From: Podarcis erhardii
Taxonomy: Eukaryota
Assembly (NCBI GenBank): GCA_964252035.1
Contig: OZ176213.1
Length of the DNA: 64,000 nt
Reading direction: 5' to 3' (one strand)
Position 1 is the stretch's first letter. The number at the start of each line of letters is the position of its first letter. Positions 35,318-48,005 of this stretch are shown here, in pieces. A program made the position numbers and the translations under genes. Below the pieces are notes generated by a model. The model ran no database searches. It worked only from the letters and a program-made list of their open reading frames with translations, and was not told the origin of the DNA.

Positions 35318-38008
35318 CTGTTGGAAAGAACAAACAAAACCTTAGTACTTAGTACTTAAAAGTACAATTGTACCTACCTGAATGGCAGTTTTCCATTCCC
35401 ATTGAAAGGTCAGCAGATTGGGTCTTGGTTCCACCCACAGGTTGAAGGCAGGCAGCAATGTTTTGGGATGTAGGGCTCCCAGGATTCAGTTTGTGAACTC
35501 GCAAGCTCATGGAGGTTATGCCATTAAACCTTAATAAATCTAAGGACTATCACTGAGATTACACATTGCACTTCTAGTATACTGTTTTTAAAAATCCTGT
35601 AGGTATACACCTAAAAATGCAAGCTGTGTGATTAGCAAGTTTGGAAACATTATCTATCATATAGGAAGACTCAGCAGAGAGTCAGGGTTGGAGGCAGCTC
35701 CATGCCAAGTATATAAAATGTTTTGTTTTGAGGTTGCACATGCTTAGCTTGTTGCTTCTAAAGTAGTAGAAAATCTGTATTTGAGAGTACAGACTGGAAA
35801 AGACCCATGTTTTCTTGTTTACCTTGAAATAAAGATGGATCCTCAATAGTACCGTAGGGACCAAGGGAAGTACTGGAAATATTGGGACCTCAGAGCCAAG
35901 TGGTACCCTGAGCCCTGCCTCATTTGGCATTTCTGGGAGTTTTCTTCTAGAAATGTGGACTAGGGAGGCCTAGCCTGAACCTCAGCTACCACATTCTGCC
36001 ACTGACAAATCACCTAGTAGAAAGCTGCAATGCTGTTCAATGTCTTTAGGGACTCTCAGCCTTTGGTGGCTTCAGAGGTTAGGTCCTCCTATATCATCCA
36101 GGAAGCAACAGCTGCAAGACAGCACAGGTAAATGCTGTGCAGAAGATTGCTATCTGTGATGAAATGTGTGAGCACCACAAACATTTGACACTCATGTTTC
36201 TTAATATAAAAAGTAATAGGTGCTCAAGTCACCTAGGGTCAACTCCATCTCTTCCTCGACTGCCCTCTCTGTAAATCAGCTTCCCCATATCTGGTGTCCT
36301 TCAGATGATTTGGGCTACACCAACATCGGTGAGCATGGCCAATGAGGGATAACGGGAGTTGAAGTCCAAAGCGTTTAGGGAGTACCTTGTTGGAGAAGGC
36401 ACTTGTAAACCACTCGGCTTGGCGTGAAAACTAATGAGCTAAATACCACAAAACAACTTTGTCTGATTAAAGAATTTGCAAGTCTATTATGCAATTATTT
36501 TAAATGCACAAATCCATTTTAGCAAACTTATTATGTTACCTTCGTCTCAATTTTTTTTTAATTCAGAAGTGTAACTTTTTGGAATATATTTTCCTGATTT
36601 TAAAATTTTTAGTTCACAGCTCATTGTAAGTTCCTAATTAGCATTACTTTTATTTGACCTAGTTTTCTTTCCTGCTGACTGGAAGCATAGCATATGACTG
36701 AATAGTACTTTTCCATCCGAAAGACTAGCCCACAGTGATGCATTTTAGTAAAACTTCTCAGTTTATTACCACAGATGGAGGAGGCATGACCATTTAAAAT
36801 AGTTGAACTCTCACACACTGAATTCCTACAAGCAAGCTTGAACTTGAAATCTGGTTTATGTGAAGAAGGGCATATTAGTCAATCACAAGGATGCTAATAA
36901 AACAATGGCTGCAAATCTGTAATAAGGTGACCAAATTAGAAGTTATTGGGCTTTGTTTTTAAATTTGGTACTGCCAACAAAGAATAATTATGACAAGGAA
37001 GAAGACTTAGCACTCAGGTGTAGACTGATGAAGAGAGTTAAGAAAAAGTACTGAAATGACTGTGGCCTTTGTCTGCAGTCTCTTGTTCCCACAGTGGTGT
37101 TCTCAAAATGCGTGTGGGGAAGAAGCACTGGACCTTTGTTCACTGTGGGATGTAAAACTGCAGTCAAGTACAACATTCCTACAGTGGACATGTTAGGGGA
37201 TATTTTGTACCACTCAGGAGAAGACTTCCTGTTTCCTCCTGAGCTGGGACAGACTTCCACTACATGTGACTTGAAGAGGGTGTGGTCTGTTGTACTAGCA
37301 TGGAGGAGCACATGGCCTCCATGTTCTGATCAGTGTGTGTTCTCCATTTTTGTATGTTGATATGTGTTTGGAGAAGTGACTCTTAGTCGCAGTCAATTGG
37401 GACTAACTTTTTTATGGAATAGTTCTAGTTGTTATGTAACCTAAGCCTGCCTTCAGGGATATGTCTGTGAACCTGAATGAATCTGTAATAAACTACTTTT
37501 ATATTAACATTAATCAGCTTCTTGTGTTTATTCCTTTTAAGAGGGATTAGAAGGGATTTTACCAGGAAGGAATCTTTAATAGTAAGCCTCAGATGAGTCA
37601 GCAACAAGCTGATCGCTGCGTAATTTAAAAGGGGGATGTTTGGAACTCTGCTAGAATATGGAACTTGCTAGCGCAAGTTAGGAAGGATATCATTAAATAA
37701 TATATCCTCTCCTGCCTCCCTAATCACCCCCACATCCATACCTTACTGCCCTCTACTTTGTGGCTACAGCACATGGAACTGCACATATCAGCACCATCAG
37801 GGATTATGACAAATGCAAAAGACCTCTTATCTGAACATTAACATGTTTGCTGGCTGTCAGAATAATCCTGGGAAACACAAGAAGGCAGCAAGACCTGATG
37901 AAGCCTCACTGTGCCCATGAGCTTTACATGTGCCAGCATGCATGTTCAGCACGCCACTCTACTACCATATCTACACCACTGTCATAAACTTGAGAGGAAG
38001 CCCCTCAC

Positions 38009-38134
38009 CTTCACAGATCAGTAACTTTTCATTGTAGAAGAAGCCCCCTGGGCATTCGCACCGGAAACTGCCTATCAGGTTTATGCAGACTCCATTTTCA
38101 CACACACCGGGGATCTCGCGGCATTCATCAATAT
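38009..38134 (-). CDS. FBN1: FBN1 exon 43, cbEGF25
   Basis: 126 nt; [42 protein letters not shown]; cag / gtgagg. Confidence 0.95.
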
Positions 38135-38903
38135 CTGTATTAACAAAGGAATAAAGATTGGGACATTTGAAGCAGAAGTTGGCCCAATTAAGAAAAACAA
38201 AAAGACTTCCTCTTAACCTCTGTTCCTGGGGCATATTGTACAATCCTGCTTTTTGCACCACAAAATGCTCCAGTTTGCTCTTCATGTAAATGAAAACAAG
38301 AAAAGGAAGAAGGGAATTCCATCTAAGAATACTTGGCTCCTTCTCTATGAATTCCTTGGTTTTCCCCCTTTGGGTTTGAGTTTTTCAAACCTTGGCTATG
38401 AAACACCTACAGGCTTATAGTGTGTGAAAAACATTCATATTGAATCCTTTCCCTGCCCTCTCGTAAAGTATACACAAACATAAAGGATCCCGCCCCCCAG
38501 CGCTTAAATTCAATACCCAGAGGAACTGATGTGAAAGGTCAGATAAAAATCTGCTTTAGCAAAAAGAAAAGACTCCCTTTCAAACCCATTGCCGACTGGC
38601 GCTCGTCCCAGAAGCTTTCCACCCTTCCAGTACCTATGGTCTACAAACTAAGCCAAACTACAATGCCCTCAAACCTTTATGTTATCTTCATCCCAAGTAG
38701 CGGTAACCACAGCTGCAGGCTAAGAGGACCCAGGAAGAAGGGTGCCATAGTCTGACAAACTAAGGCATGGAGGTTGAGTTCTACCACATTGTTTAGTCTT
38801 CACTATTTCCCAGGAAAAGGCAAATCATAAAAACAAACACCCCCTTTCCCCTAATACATTCCATATGAAATGAAAAGTAAATCTCAACAGAATTTTAACT
38901 CAC

Positions 38904-38975
38904 CAACTGGCAATCCTGTAAAAATGTCTATGACGAAACCGGGCCTTTGACTTCCACAGAGAGTTGCAAATTCAT
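38904..38975 (-). CDS. FBN1: FBN1 exon 42, TB5 second part
   Basis: 72 nt; DEFATLCGSQRPGFVIDIFTGLPV; tag / gtgagt. Confidence 0.94.
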
Positions 38976-39559
38976 CTAAAAAAATGAAATAAAAATGTAG
39001 GGAAAGTCCCACACTGAATAATTACATTTCCCTGAAGTCACAAAGTAAGACGATTGATTCAAACTTCAAGGAAATGCAGTCATTTTACTGTATTAATTAT
39101 TGATGATGATGATGTAACCTGCTCTGGGAACTATGTAAATACTGTAAAAAGATTCAGAACACACAAATAATCAAACAACCTACTCTCAATTTTTAATCTA
39201 TGCCTTTTAAAGGCCAGGTTTTCTAAATCTTCATCCCAAACTCACCAACATCCTTACATGAAGTATACACTAACCTGGTTATACACACAATCAGTATCAT
39301 ACATGTACAAATCTGTGGATATATGTTTAAAATTAAACTAGATAGATCAATGTAAACAACAATGACATGACAAAATAAACCTTGGGCCAAATCGGAGATG
39401 TTAGGTTTGTTTAACAGTTATGGTTATCACAACAGAAAACATGGTTATATGTGTGAATGCAGCTAGCAAATATTCTCCTAAATTAAGATAGCTAAATAAA
39501 ATCCATGAGTGTTGTAATAACTGGGGGGGGGTGTAACTGTTTATTATTATTATTATTAT

Positions 39560-39591
<32 letters not shown>

Positions 39592-40077
39592 GTGGACCGC
39601 TTATAGACAACTGTAATAAAGTGGTATAAAAACTGTCAAAATAAATAATAAAATAATATCTACTTTGATACCATCTCCTTGATACTCTTGGAGGAAAGGG
39701 AGAATGAAGACAGAGCCTCAAAGACTACCTGCAGCTGTATGGCAAGAGAAAGTGATGCTCTATGGAGGTCGTTTGGCCACAGGAGAGCCTACACACACCA
39801 GGTGGTTGAGAATTGGAATTTTTGATCAAATCGCAGCTTGGACGATCGTCTACTAATCCTGTCTCTATACCCATGGGAGTTTCATCTACCTTGGCTAGAT
39901 AAGGAAAAGCAGGTTATGTTGCAGACGAAACCCAACATTAGCACAGCATTGGTGACTTTGCCATAACATTTGTGCATGTGCACATGTAGCAGCCAAAAGA
40001 GCTTCCGGGCACGATGTTGAGATGTATAAAAGATTCTGCTAACAGCTTTGATATTTCTCTCCAGCAGAAATACAAAC

Positions 40078-40236
40078 CAGTGCTTGGGAGGGGGCATTGT
40101 TCACAAGGCCGGTTCCACGCTCGTCCAATGTTGTAGGAACAGCAGCACATTTTTTTGGTCATGTTAAAGAGCAGCTCTCCATCACAGGTCTGGTTGTCAG
40201 CATAATAGTTCCTGTAGCACAGACTCCTCCTCATAT
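40078..40236 (-). CDS. FBN1: FBN1 exon 41, TB5 first part
   Basis: 159 nt; [53 protein letters not shown]; cag / gtttgt (weak donor). Confidence 0.93.
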
Positions 40237-40299
40237 CTGCAATGAAGAAAAATGAGTTAGGTTAGGCTGAGTGGCAGTGACTGGCCTAAGGTCACCGAG

Positions 40300-41829
40300 T
40301 GTAATGGACCGGTTGGACGCAGAGGAATGGTGGGGGGAACTAGCTGGGGGACCCCCAAGGGACAAAGGCTAAGAGCCCAGGGTTTGCTGATGGGATAATA
40401 ATAATATAATAATAATAAATTTTATTTATATCCCGCCCTCCCCAGCCGAAGCCAGGCTCAGGGCAGCTAACAACAATAAAATAGCGCAACATTCTAAAAA
40501 CATTTCATTTTAAAAAATTAATTAAAATCAAATTGATGGCAACCATAAGCTTAAGTTCTGTGGAGATTGCCAAAGGAGAGAGTCAGGCTGTACCCTGGCC
40601 AAAGGCTTGGCGGAACAGCTCTGTCTTGCAGGCCCTGTGGAAAGATGTCAAATCCCGCAGGGCCCTAGTCTCTTGTGACAGAGCGTTCCACCAGATTGGA
40701 GCCGCAGCTGAAAAAGCCCTGGCTCTAGTTGAGGCAGCCTAACCTCTCTGTGGCCTGGGACCTTCAGGATGTTTTATTTGAAGACCGTAAGTTCCTCTGT
40801 GGGACATACCAGGAGAGGTGGTCCCATAGGTATGAGAGTCCTAAGCCGTATAGGGCTTTAAAGGTTAAAACCAGCATCTTTAACCTGATCCTGTACTCCA
40901 CCGGGAGCCAGTGCAGCTGGTATAGCACTGGGTGAATGTGATCTTGCAGCGAAGACCCAGTAAGGAGTCTCGCTGCAGCATTCTGCACCCGCTGGAGTTT
41001 CTGGGTCAGTCTCAAGGGCAGCCCTACGTAGAGTGAGTTACAATAATCCAGTCTGGAGGTGACCGTCGCATGGATCACAGTGGCTAGGTCAGGGCGAGAG
41101 AGGTAAGGAGCCAACTGCTTAGCTTGGCGGAGATGAAAAAATGCCGCCTTTGTTATAGCTGTAATCTGCGCCACCATGGAGAGGGAGCTATTGAAGATTA
41201 CACCCCAACTCTTAACGGACGATGCTGGCACTAATTGCACCCCCGCAAGAGATGGGAGTTGCCCCCTCAATCCCATATCGTCCCGTCCCAGCCAGAGGAC
41301 CTCTGTCTTTGAAGGATTTAAGGATGACAATGAGTGGTCAGAGGGAGAATCCTGGAGGGAGGTGTCAGAGGCTGAAGAGGCAACAGGGCTTAGTGAGCAG
41401 AGAGTGTCTGTGGCAGAGAGGAGCCCAGAAGCAGAAGTGGTAGCAGGAGAGGAGGAAGGCCAAGAGGCAGAGATGAGTCAGGCTGGTGTCTCCCCCTCCT
41501 GCTGCGACAAGCTCCCCTCCCTTCTGGTCTCCCAGATACAGAAGAGATATGAAGAGAGAGGAGCAAAGACAGGGGAGTTGGAGGCGTCTCAGATTGCTTG
41601 GGAAGGACTCAGGGGAGTAGGAGACTTAGATAGCTGTGGGAAGGTGGGGACCTTCTGTCTCCACAACTGCCTCATAGGACCAAGATCTACGGAGTAGAGT
41701 TGCACATTAGGCCTGGCACTCCTGAGCAGACCTTGTATCTTCTTATAAAGAGTTTACATACTCTGTGTGATTTATTGGTGACCTGCTCCTGGCACCCAGT
41801 CGGGATGTATCTCAGGTCCTGGTTTAACA
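40300..41829 (+). mobile_element. Solo LTR (probably Ty3/gypsy-like), 40300-40396 plus 41322-41829, interrupted by an L2
   Basis: Starts TGTAATGG and ends TTTAACA; the two halves rejoin in frame at a duplicated GGAT; I found no TSD. Confidence 0.6.
40397..41321 (-). mobile_element. L2 LINE 3' fragment, about 0.92 kb
   Basis: LNPSKTEVLWLG...SRLDYCNSLYVGLP...LQRVQNAAARLL...LHWLPVEYRIRLKMLVLTFKAL; (TAT)n tail. Confidence 0.92.
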
Positions 41830-43814
41830 ACTATATGACACTAGCTTAGAAATTTGCACAGAACAACTTCCCAGTGGATTTTGAAGCATGTTAATTTGGG
41901 AGGAGGGGAACCGTTTGATTTCCCATTTTTCAGTTTTAAGGTACCAAAGCATATTTAGCTGCCCCTGCCTTAAAAGAGAAAACATACTACTCCCATGTTT
42001 TAGTAGTAAACTACTCGTGCCTTTTTTTCTGGAAGGGTTTCTTGAAATCCAGTGTTATGTTACATAGCTGACAGCTAAAGTGAAATTGCATCATCATCTA
42101 TGGATAAACATCTTTCAGTGTTGTCCAAAATCCCACGGATGACGCTTGGTTTCATAACTATAAAACCCAGCACTCCACTCATCAAAAGCTTTGGCAGCAG
42201 AGAACATGCTAACCTCAGCTAGTCATGGGTTCTTGCTTAAAACCTTGCTAAATCAGTGATTTCATATCCTTCTGGTGAAATTCTGGAAGACAATACCCCA
42301 TATGTCTTTGGCTTAGTTGTGCTTAAATACATTTTGGGTTCATTTGAGTTTGGAACCTCAGCAACATTCAGCTGAGGAACAGGGTTGATCTGAGATGCTT
42401 TCAACTGAAGGTAAACCCTGAAATGATGCATCTGCAAGGCAACTGAGTTCAATGTGCTGCAGCCACTACAAAACTGTTCAAAATGCAGACTGCACAGCCT
42501 TTAATATATGGTTTATTAAAGCCATATACCAATAAAATTCAGTACAAAAATAAAACATACAACTCATTAAAAAAACAAACGAACAAGCATTTATTTATTT
42601 TTGTTTCTCAGGAAGCCAGAACAAAACTTGTCCTCATCTCGACTGAAGTCATTATTAATCTGGCAACCCTCTCAGTAATATAGGAGGAAGCATCCCTTAA
42701 ACAGAGTACCAAATCTGCAAAGCCTCTGATGTTTTCTTTCTTTCTTTCGCCTTAGCTATGTACCAGTACTAAAGTTACAAAGCAAAAGGTGAATCGCCCT
42801 TTCTGGAAGTCTCCAACTTTGAAGTCTTCCCCCCTCCCCACTTGAAGCTGCTGCTTGGGTGCAGGAAACACATTCTGCATATGCTCAGAGCTACTCTTTG
42901 CTATTATTGCTTCAAGCCAGGATTATAGCTTCTTGTTTCATGCGAAACTGGAAAGCAAGTTATTGGCTTCCAAACAAAGCAGAATATTAAGCCAAATTTA
43001 AACATCATATTTTGGCTTGTTTGGAAGCCATTAACTACTGTTTCCGGGTAAGCGTGTAACAGGAAGCTATTATTAAGGGCAAGATCCTGGCTTGTTCAGC
43101 TGCTCACACAAACGGTGGAGGAAAGCAGATTGCAGCTGCTGTGTGCTAGTGCACACCACACATTCCTATGCTGAATCAAGACAGGCTTTTTGGTTTAGCA
43201 TAGCATGCAATGCAGCCCACTTTACTGAACCAGTTCCATACCCTGAACTGCCACCATTTACTTAGTCACACCAGTCTCTATCACTACATATCAAATTTCC
43301 TGACATTGTTCCCACTGAACATTATGGGAAGTTTGCTGCTAACACTACCAGAGCACAATTCAGGATTTGATTTTGCCTTCCTTTGTTAAAAGCATTCTAG
43401 CCAGTCACAAACTTTTTCAGCAAGTAAAACTTTCCATTAATGAAGGGAAGGAAACTCTTGTATGTAGCCATGCTCTGTAATTAGATACGTTAAAAGTCTT
43501 ATTGCAAATATAGTTACCAGTTTTGTTAATGATCATGAAGAAACAAGGCTAGGCTTTTGTTTTGCATATGCTACCTTTGCTCAAGTTAAGTTCAGCCAGG
43601 CTGCCAGTTCAGAACTGAAACAAGAAGGACTCTAAATAATATATATTTTATTTTTCCCCGCAACCATATTTAGCTTATTATGTTGCCACGCTGTTGTTTT
43701 CCATTGTGCTTGAGTTGCCATTGTTGTGATTTTGTGTTTGGATGTATGCCACCCTAAGTGCTTCATTTCAGCGTGGAAAGGTGGATTAGAAAACGTTGAA
43801 ATAAACAAACTCAC

Positions 43815-43937
43815 CCATACAATTGTTTCCGCCATTTACTTGCAAGTAGTCAGGAGGACAAATGCAAGTGTAGTTTCCTACGGTGTTGTAGCAAGTTCCA
43901 GGTCCACAGATGCCTTCATTCTTACATTCATCAATAT
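43815..43937 (-). CDS. FBN1: FBN1 exon 40, cbEGF24
   Basis: 123 nt; [41 protein letters not shown]; cag / gtgagt. Confidence 0.95.
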
Positions 43938-44159
43938 CTGCAAAAACAAATAGGGGAAGTTAATATCAACTAGAGAAAGTTTTTTGTGCTGCATAAAAAA
44001 CAGGTTGCCTAATCCTATATAGATATGGGTTGAAAGTAGTTATTGAATGAAGAGGAAAAGCTCAACAGATGCTTCCCCCTCCCCCACTTCATTATCACAC
44101 CTTTGGGCCACACTTTGGTTAGCCCTGAATAAAAGAAGTATAGTAGGTATTTTTATATA

Positions 44160-44190
<31 letters not shown>

Positions 44191-44770
44191 AAAACAATGC
44201 ATATATTGCTTAACTACAATATATATTGCCCAGGGCAACCCAAAGCAACTTATAACCAAATAGACAGACACCCCCCCACTCCCCCTGCCCCCCCCCCACA
44301 TAAGATACATTAAAACCAAGTGGAAAAGAGAAATACATTAAAAACATCCCATCCCCTTCCAAAAGACCACAGATAGTTAAAGGCCAAAGGCCTGGTTATA
44401 AAGAAAAGTTTTTGCCTGGTGCCTAAAGACATACAGTACAATGATGGTGCTAGGCAAGCTTCCCAGGGGAGAGCATTCTGGAAGTGGGGAGCCACCACAG
44501 AAAAGGCCCAATCTCGTGTTGCCACCCTCTGGACTTCTCATGGAGGGGGATCACAAAGAAGGGGCTCATGATGATTGCAGGGTCCAGGTTGGTTCATACA
44601 GGGAGAGGTTGTCCTTGAGCTATTGCTGTCCTGAGGCTTTATAGTCAAAAGTAGCCCTTTGCATTGGGCTCATTAACTAATTGGCAGGCAGTGAAGTTGG
44701 GCCAGGTTTGATATTATATGCTCGAACCATCTTGCCCTGGCGAGCAACCTGGTCACTGAATTCTGCAGCA
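44160..44770 (-). mobile_element. Old L2-type fragment with (GATT)n tail
   Basis: Decayed RAFSVVAP-like coding remnant (DWAFSVVAPHFQNALP); boundaries approximate. Confidence 0.6.
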
Positions 44771-44989
44771 GATGAAGTTTCTGGACCATCTTCAGAGGCA
44801 GCCCCACGTATAACACATTGCAGTGACTCATAGTTAGCTTCCTCCTGCATCGTCTTTGCAGAACTCATCATGGAAAAGGATGGGGAAAACACTAGAACTG
44901 ACTCTGCCTGCCATTGGTTCTGGCTGTGCCTACCATTGGTTTCTATGCTTTCTACCCTACCTGTTCCAATGGGCTTGGTAAGATAAGTA

Positions 44990-45526
44990 CCGTATTTTTC
45001 CATGTATAGGTAAAGGTAAAGGGACCCCTGACCATTAGGTCCAGTTGTGGCCGACTGGGGTTGCGGAGCTCATCTCGCTTTATTGACCGAGGGAGACAGT
45101 GTGCAGCTTCCGGGTCATGTGGCCAGCATGACTAAGCCACTTCTGGCGAACCAGAGCAGCACACGGAAATGCCGTTTACCTTCCCACCGGAGTGGTACCT
45201 ATTTATCTACTTGCACTTTTATGTGCTTTCGAACTGCTAGGTTGGCAGGAACAGGGACCGAGCAAAGGGAGCTCACCTCGTCGCAGGGATTCAAACCACC
45301 GACCTTCTGATCGGCAAGTCCTAGGCTCTGTGGTTTAACCCACAGCGCCACCTGTGTCCCCTATTTCCCCCCATGTATACAACTAGGTTTTCCCCCTAAT
45401 AAATAATGTAAAAAATGAGGGGGCGTCTTATACACAGATAGTGCCGAAGCCATTTTCTTAAATCTGAGTCCCCCCAAAAAGGGGGCATCTTATACATGGA
45501 GGAGTCTTATGGACGGAAAAATACGG
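44990..45526. mobile_element. Tc2/pogo-like MITE containing a nested Sauria SINE
   Basis: TA-flanked TIRs CCGTATTTTTCC / GGAAAAATACGG. Confidence 0.75.
45008..45360 (-). mobile_element. Sauria SINE
   Basis: Reverse complement of the 15265 copy; (AAAGGT)n at the left end. Confidence 0.92.
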
Positions 45527-45680
45527 TAATTATGCACATACCCTTCAGTTAATTGTAACTTTCTACACCTGTACCTCATTGTGGCACTAATTTTTCTGGA
45601 AACAGACCATGTGGTTTGATGAACATTCTTTTTCCGCGCAGAATTAAAAGCAATACTGAATAAACCTGAGGCTTACTTAC

Positions 45681-45806
45681 CCTCACAGACTCGAGTGTCT
45701 TCATTTAAATAGTAGCCAGTTGGACACTGACACTGAAAGCTGCCAAATGAATTGATGCATTTTCCTCCTTGGCAAAGCCCAGGTAGTTCTTGACACTCAT
45801 CAATAT
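45681..45806 (-). CDS. FBN1: FBN1 exon 39, cbEGF23
   Basis: 126 nt; [42 protein letters not shown]; tag / gtaagt. Confidence 0.95.
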
Positions 45807-45927
45807 CTAAAATCAAATGAAAATGCCGACAGTATCTTGTTAAAGAGGACTGCGAACAAACGAAGCTCATGAAATAATTCATTATGACATGGTGATTAGT
45901 CGAGAGCCACCACAAAATATGCATTAC

Positions 45928-45996
45928 CCTCCAAAATGACTGTAATAGGATTTGGTCGGAATCCCTCTCCTCCAGGACACAGCAGCTTGTAGTCAC
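45928..45996 (-). CDS. FBN1: FBN1 exon 38, TB4 second part
   Basis: 69 nt; (S)[22 protein letters not shown]; cag / gtaatg. Confidence 0.94.
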
Positions 45997-46753
45997 CTGA
46001 AAAGGGAAATAAATTTCATGAGCCTGCAATAGCCAAAGCTCTGCTACAAAATTTATCACTCTAACTCTCCTTACATCAGGCTGCAAGGAAGGGGTAGGTG
46101 TTTCTACATCAAGCTCTACCAGCAAAACTGGCCTCCCATTGGCTGCCAAACATGCAGGTAAGGTGGGCCGCTGCTCAAATCCCCACTGATGAAGGACAGC
46201 TGGAGCCCCCAAATGCTGCCCCCTAAGCCCATCCTACTTCCATCGCATGCCGGCATCAACCCCAATTTGGAGCCAATTGCCCTGCCCCCTCCTTTTTTCT
46301 GCCCAGTCGCCATGAGCAGAAGGCTATGGATACAGCAGTGGTCATTCAGCTCAGCAAAGCCCCACCAGCAGGAGTGAGGAGTCTGGTTAGCACCCTTATT
46401 TTTCTTCTGCAATCTTCTTCCAACCAGAGATCAAGTTGGAGGTTCCCAGGATGAACTTAACATTGCAATGAAGTGGTCTATACGTAACCTCTCTCCTGAA
46501 AAGTATACGCGGCTTCAGACTTCATTTACACCCAAAGCAAGTTGAGCTTTATTTTTTTCGAAAACAAGATTTGAATTATTTAGCTCTAGGTGTGTGACAC
46601 AAGTTCAAAGCCAGTGGCTTTCTACACTACAGCGCAATTTAGCACATGACTGTGCCCTGTGGGTGATCCTACTTGGATTGACTTTTGCTCAAAGGGAGCA
46701 AATGGACCAAGACACAAATTAGTCAACGTCTTGTACTGCTCTGCCTCACTTAC

Positions 46754-46918
46754 TTGAGTTTACAGCTGGGCACTGCTCACAGGGAATTCCCCAAGCTTTA
46801 CCAAGGGAACAGCAGCAAGAGGCCTTGGAAACTCCAACACCGATTTCATTGCTGCAAGCTGTATCTCCATTATCTCCTCGAGGTTTAATTTCCAAGTAAC
46901 AGAAGCCAGAGCGTGTAT
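46754..46918 (-). CDS. FBN1: FBN1 exon 37, TB4 first part, with the integrin-binding RGD motif (46872-46880)
   Basis: 165 nt; [55 protein letters not shown]; tag / gtaagt. Absent from the ORF track; found by reading the minus strand. Confidence 0.95.
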
Positions 46919-47123
46919 CTAGTGGGCAAAAGAAGATGTTTCAAGTACTGTAGTGCCTTTCCCCCCAATAAGCCAAGCTGCATTGTGTTTTCCTGGTTAT
47001 CTTTCCTGATGTGTCAAATTTCCATATCTTTATTTTTTACCTCAATAGCCAATACGGTTTGGTGGTTCTACCATCAACACCTCAAGAATATCCCTCCCAG
47101 TTTACCATTCCATGCCTTGATTA

Positions 47124-47361
47124 CAGTGGTACCTCTGGATGCGAACGGGATCTGATCTGGAGCCCCATTTGCATCCAGAGCAGAACATAACCCGCGCCTG
47201 CAGGTCGTGATTTGCTGCTTCTATGCATGACGTCATTTTGAGCATCTGTGCATGAGCAAGAGGCAAAACCTGGAAGCAACACGTTCCATTACTTCCAGGT
47301 TGCCGCGGAGCGCAACCTGAAAATGTTCAACCTGAAGTGACTTTAACCTGAGGTATGACTG
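47124..47361. mobile_element. Tigger/pogo-like MITE
   Basis: CAGTGGTACCTC ... GAGGTATGACTG, TA on both sides. Confidence 0.75.
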
Positions 47362-47396
47362 TATATTTAACTGTAGAGTTGCTTCACTTAAGCCTA

Positions 47397-47741
47397 AAGG
47401 TAAAGGGACACCTGACCATTAGGTCCAGTCGTGGCTGACTTTGGGATTGCGGTGCTCATCTCGCTTTACTGGCCAAGGGAGCCGGCGTACAGCTTCCGGG
47501 TCATGTGGCCAGCATGACTAAGCATGGCAAACCAGAGCAGCACACGGAAATGCCGTTTACTTTCCCACCGGAGCAGTACCTATTTATCTACTTGCACTTT
47601 GAGGTGCTTTCAAACTGCTAGGTTGGCAGGAGCAGGGACTGAGCAACGGGAGCTCACCCCGTCGCGGGGATTCGAACCACCGACCTTCTGATCAGCAAGT
47701 CCTAGGCTCTGTGGTTTAACCCACAGCGCCACCCGTGTCCC
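47397..47741 (-). mobile_element. Sauria SINE
   Basis: 13-bp TSD TCACTTAAGCCTA (47384-47396, 47742-47754). Confidence 0.92.
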
Positions 47742-47774
47742 TCACTTAAGCCTACTTTCACTTAATTTTCAAGA

Positions 47775-47925
47775 ATGCAGAAAGTCTCAGGTTCAATCAC
47801 TGGCATCTCCAGGTAGGATGGGAAAGTGTTTTTTTGTCCAAAACCTTGGAGAGCTGCTGCCCATCAGCATAGACAAGACTTAGCTTGATGGAACAATGGT
47901 CTGACTCAGCTTTCTATGCATCCTA
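47775..47925 (+). mobile_element. Squam3-like SINE fragment
   Basis: CAGGTTCAATCACTGGCATCTCCAGGTAGG...GATGGAACAATGGTCTGACTCAG; similar to 2326-2506. Confidence 0.65.
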
Positions 47926-48005
47926 TGTGACCCAAACCATGAATAAAACACTTCAGAAGAGCTACGTATGTTGACTCAGGAAGCCCAAAAAGAAATGATA
48001 TTTAC

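Noticed and set aside
40764-41330. 188-aa minus-strand ORF as an extra FBN1 exon or nested gene
   Set aside because: L2 RT C-terminal remnant; no fibrillin motif and no suitable splice sites.
41176-41697. 173-aa plus-strand ORF as listed in the ORF track
   Set aside because: Chimeric: the first part is antisense L2 and only the portion after 41322 belongs to the LTR frame, which is reported separately.
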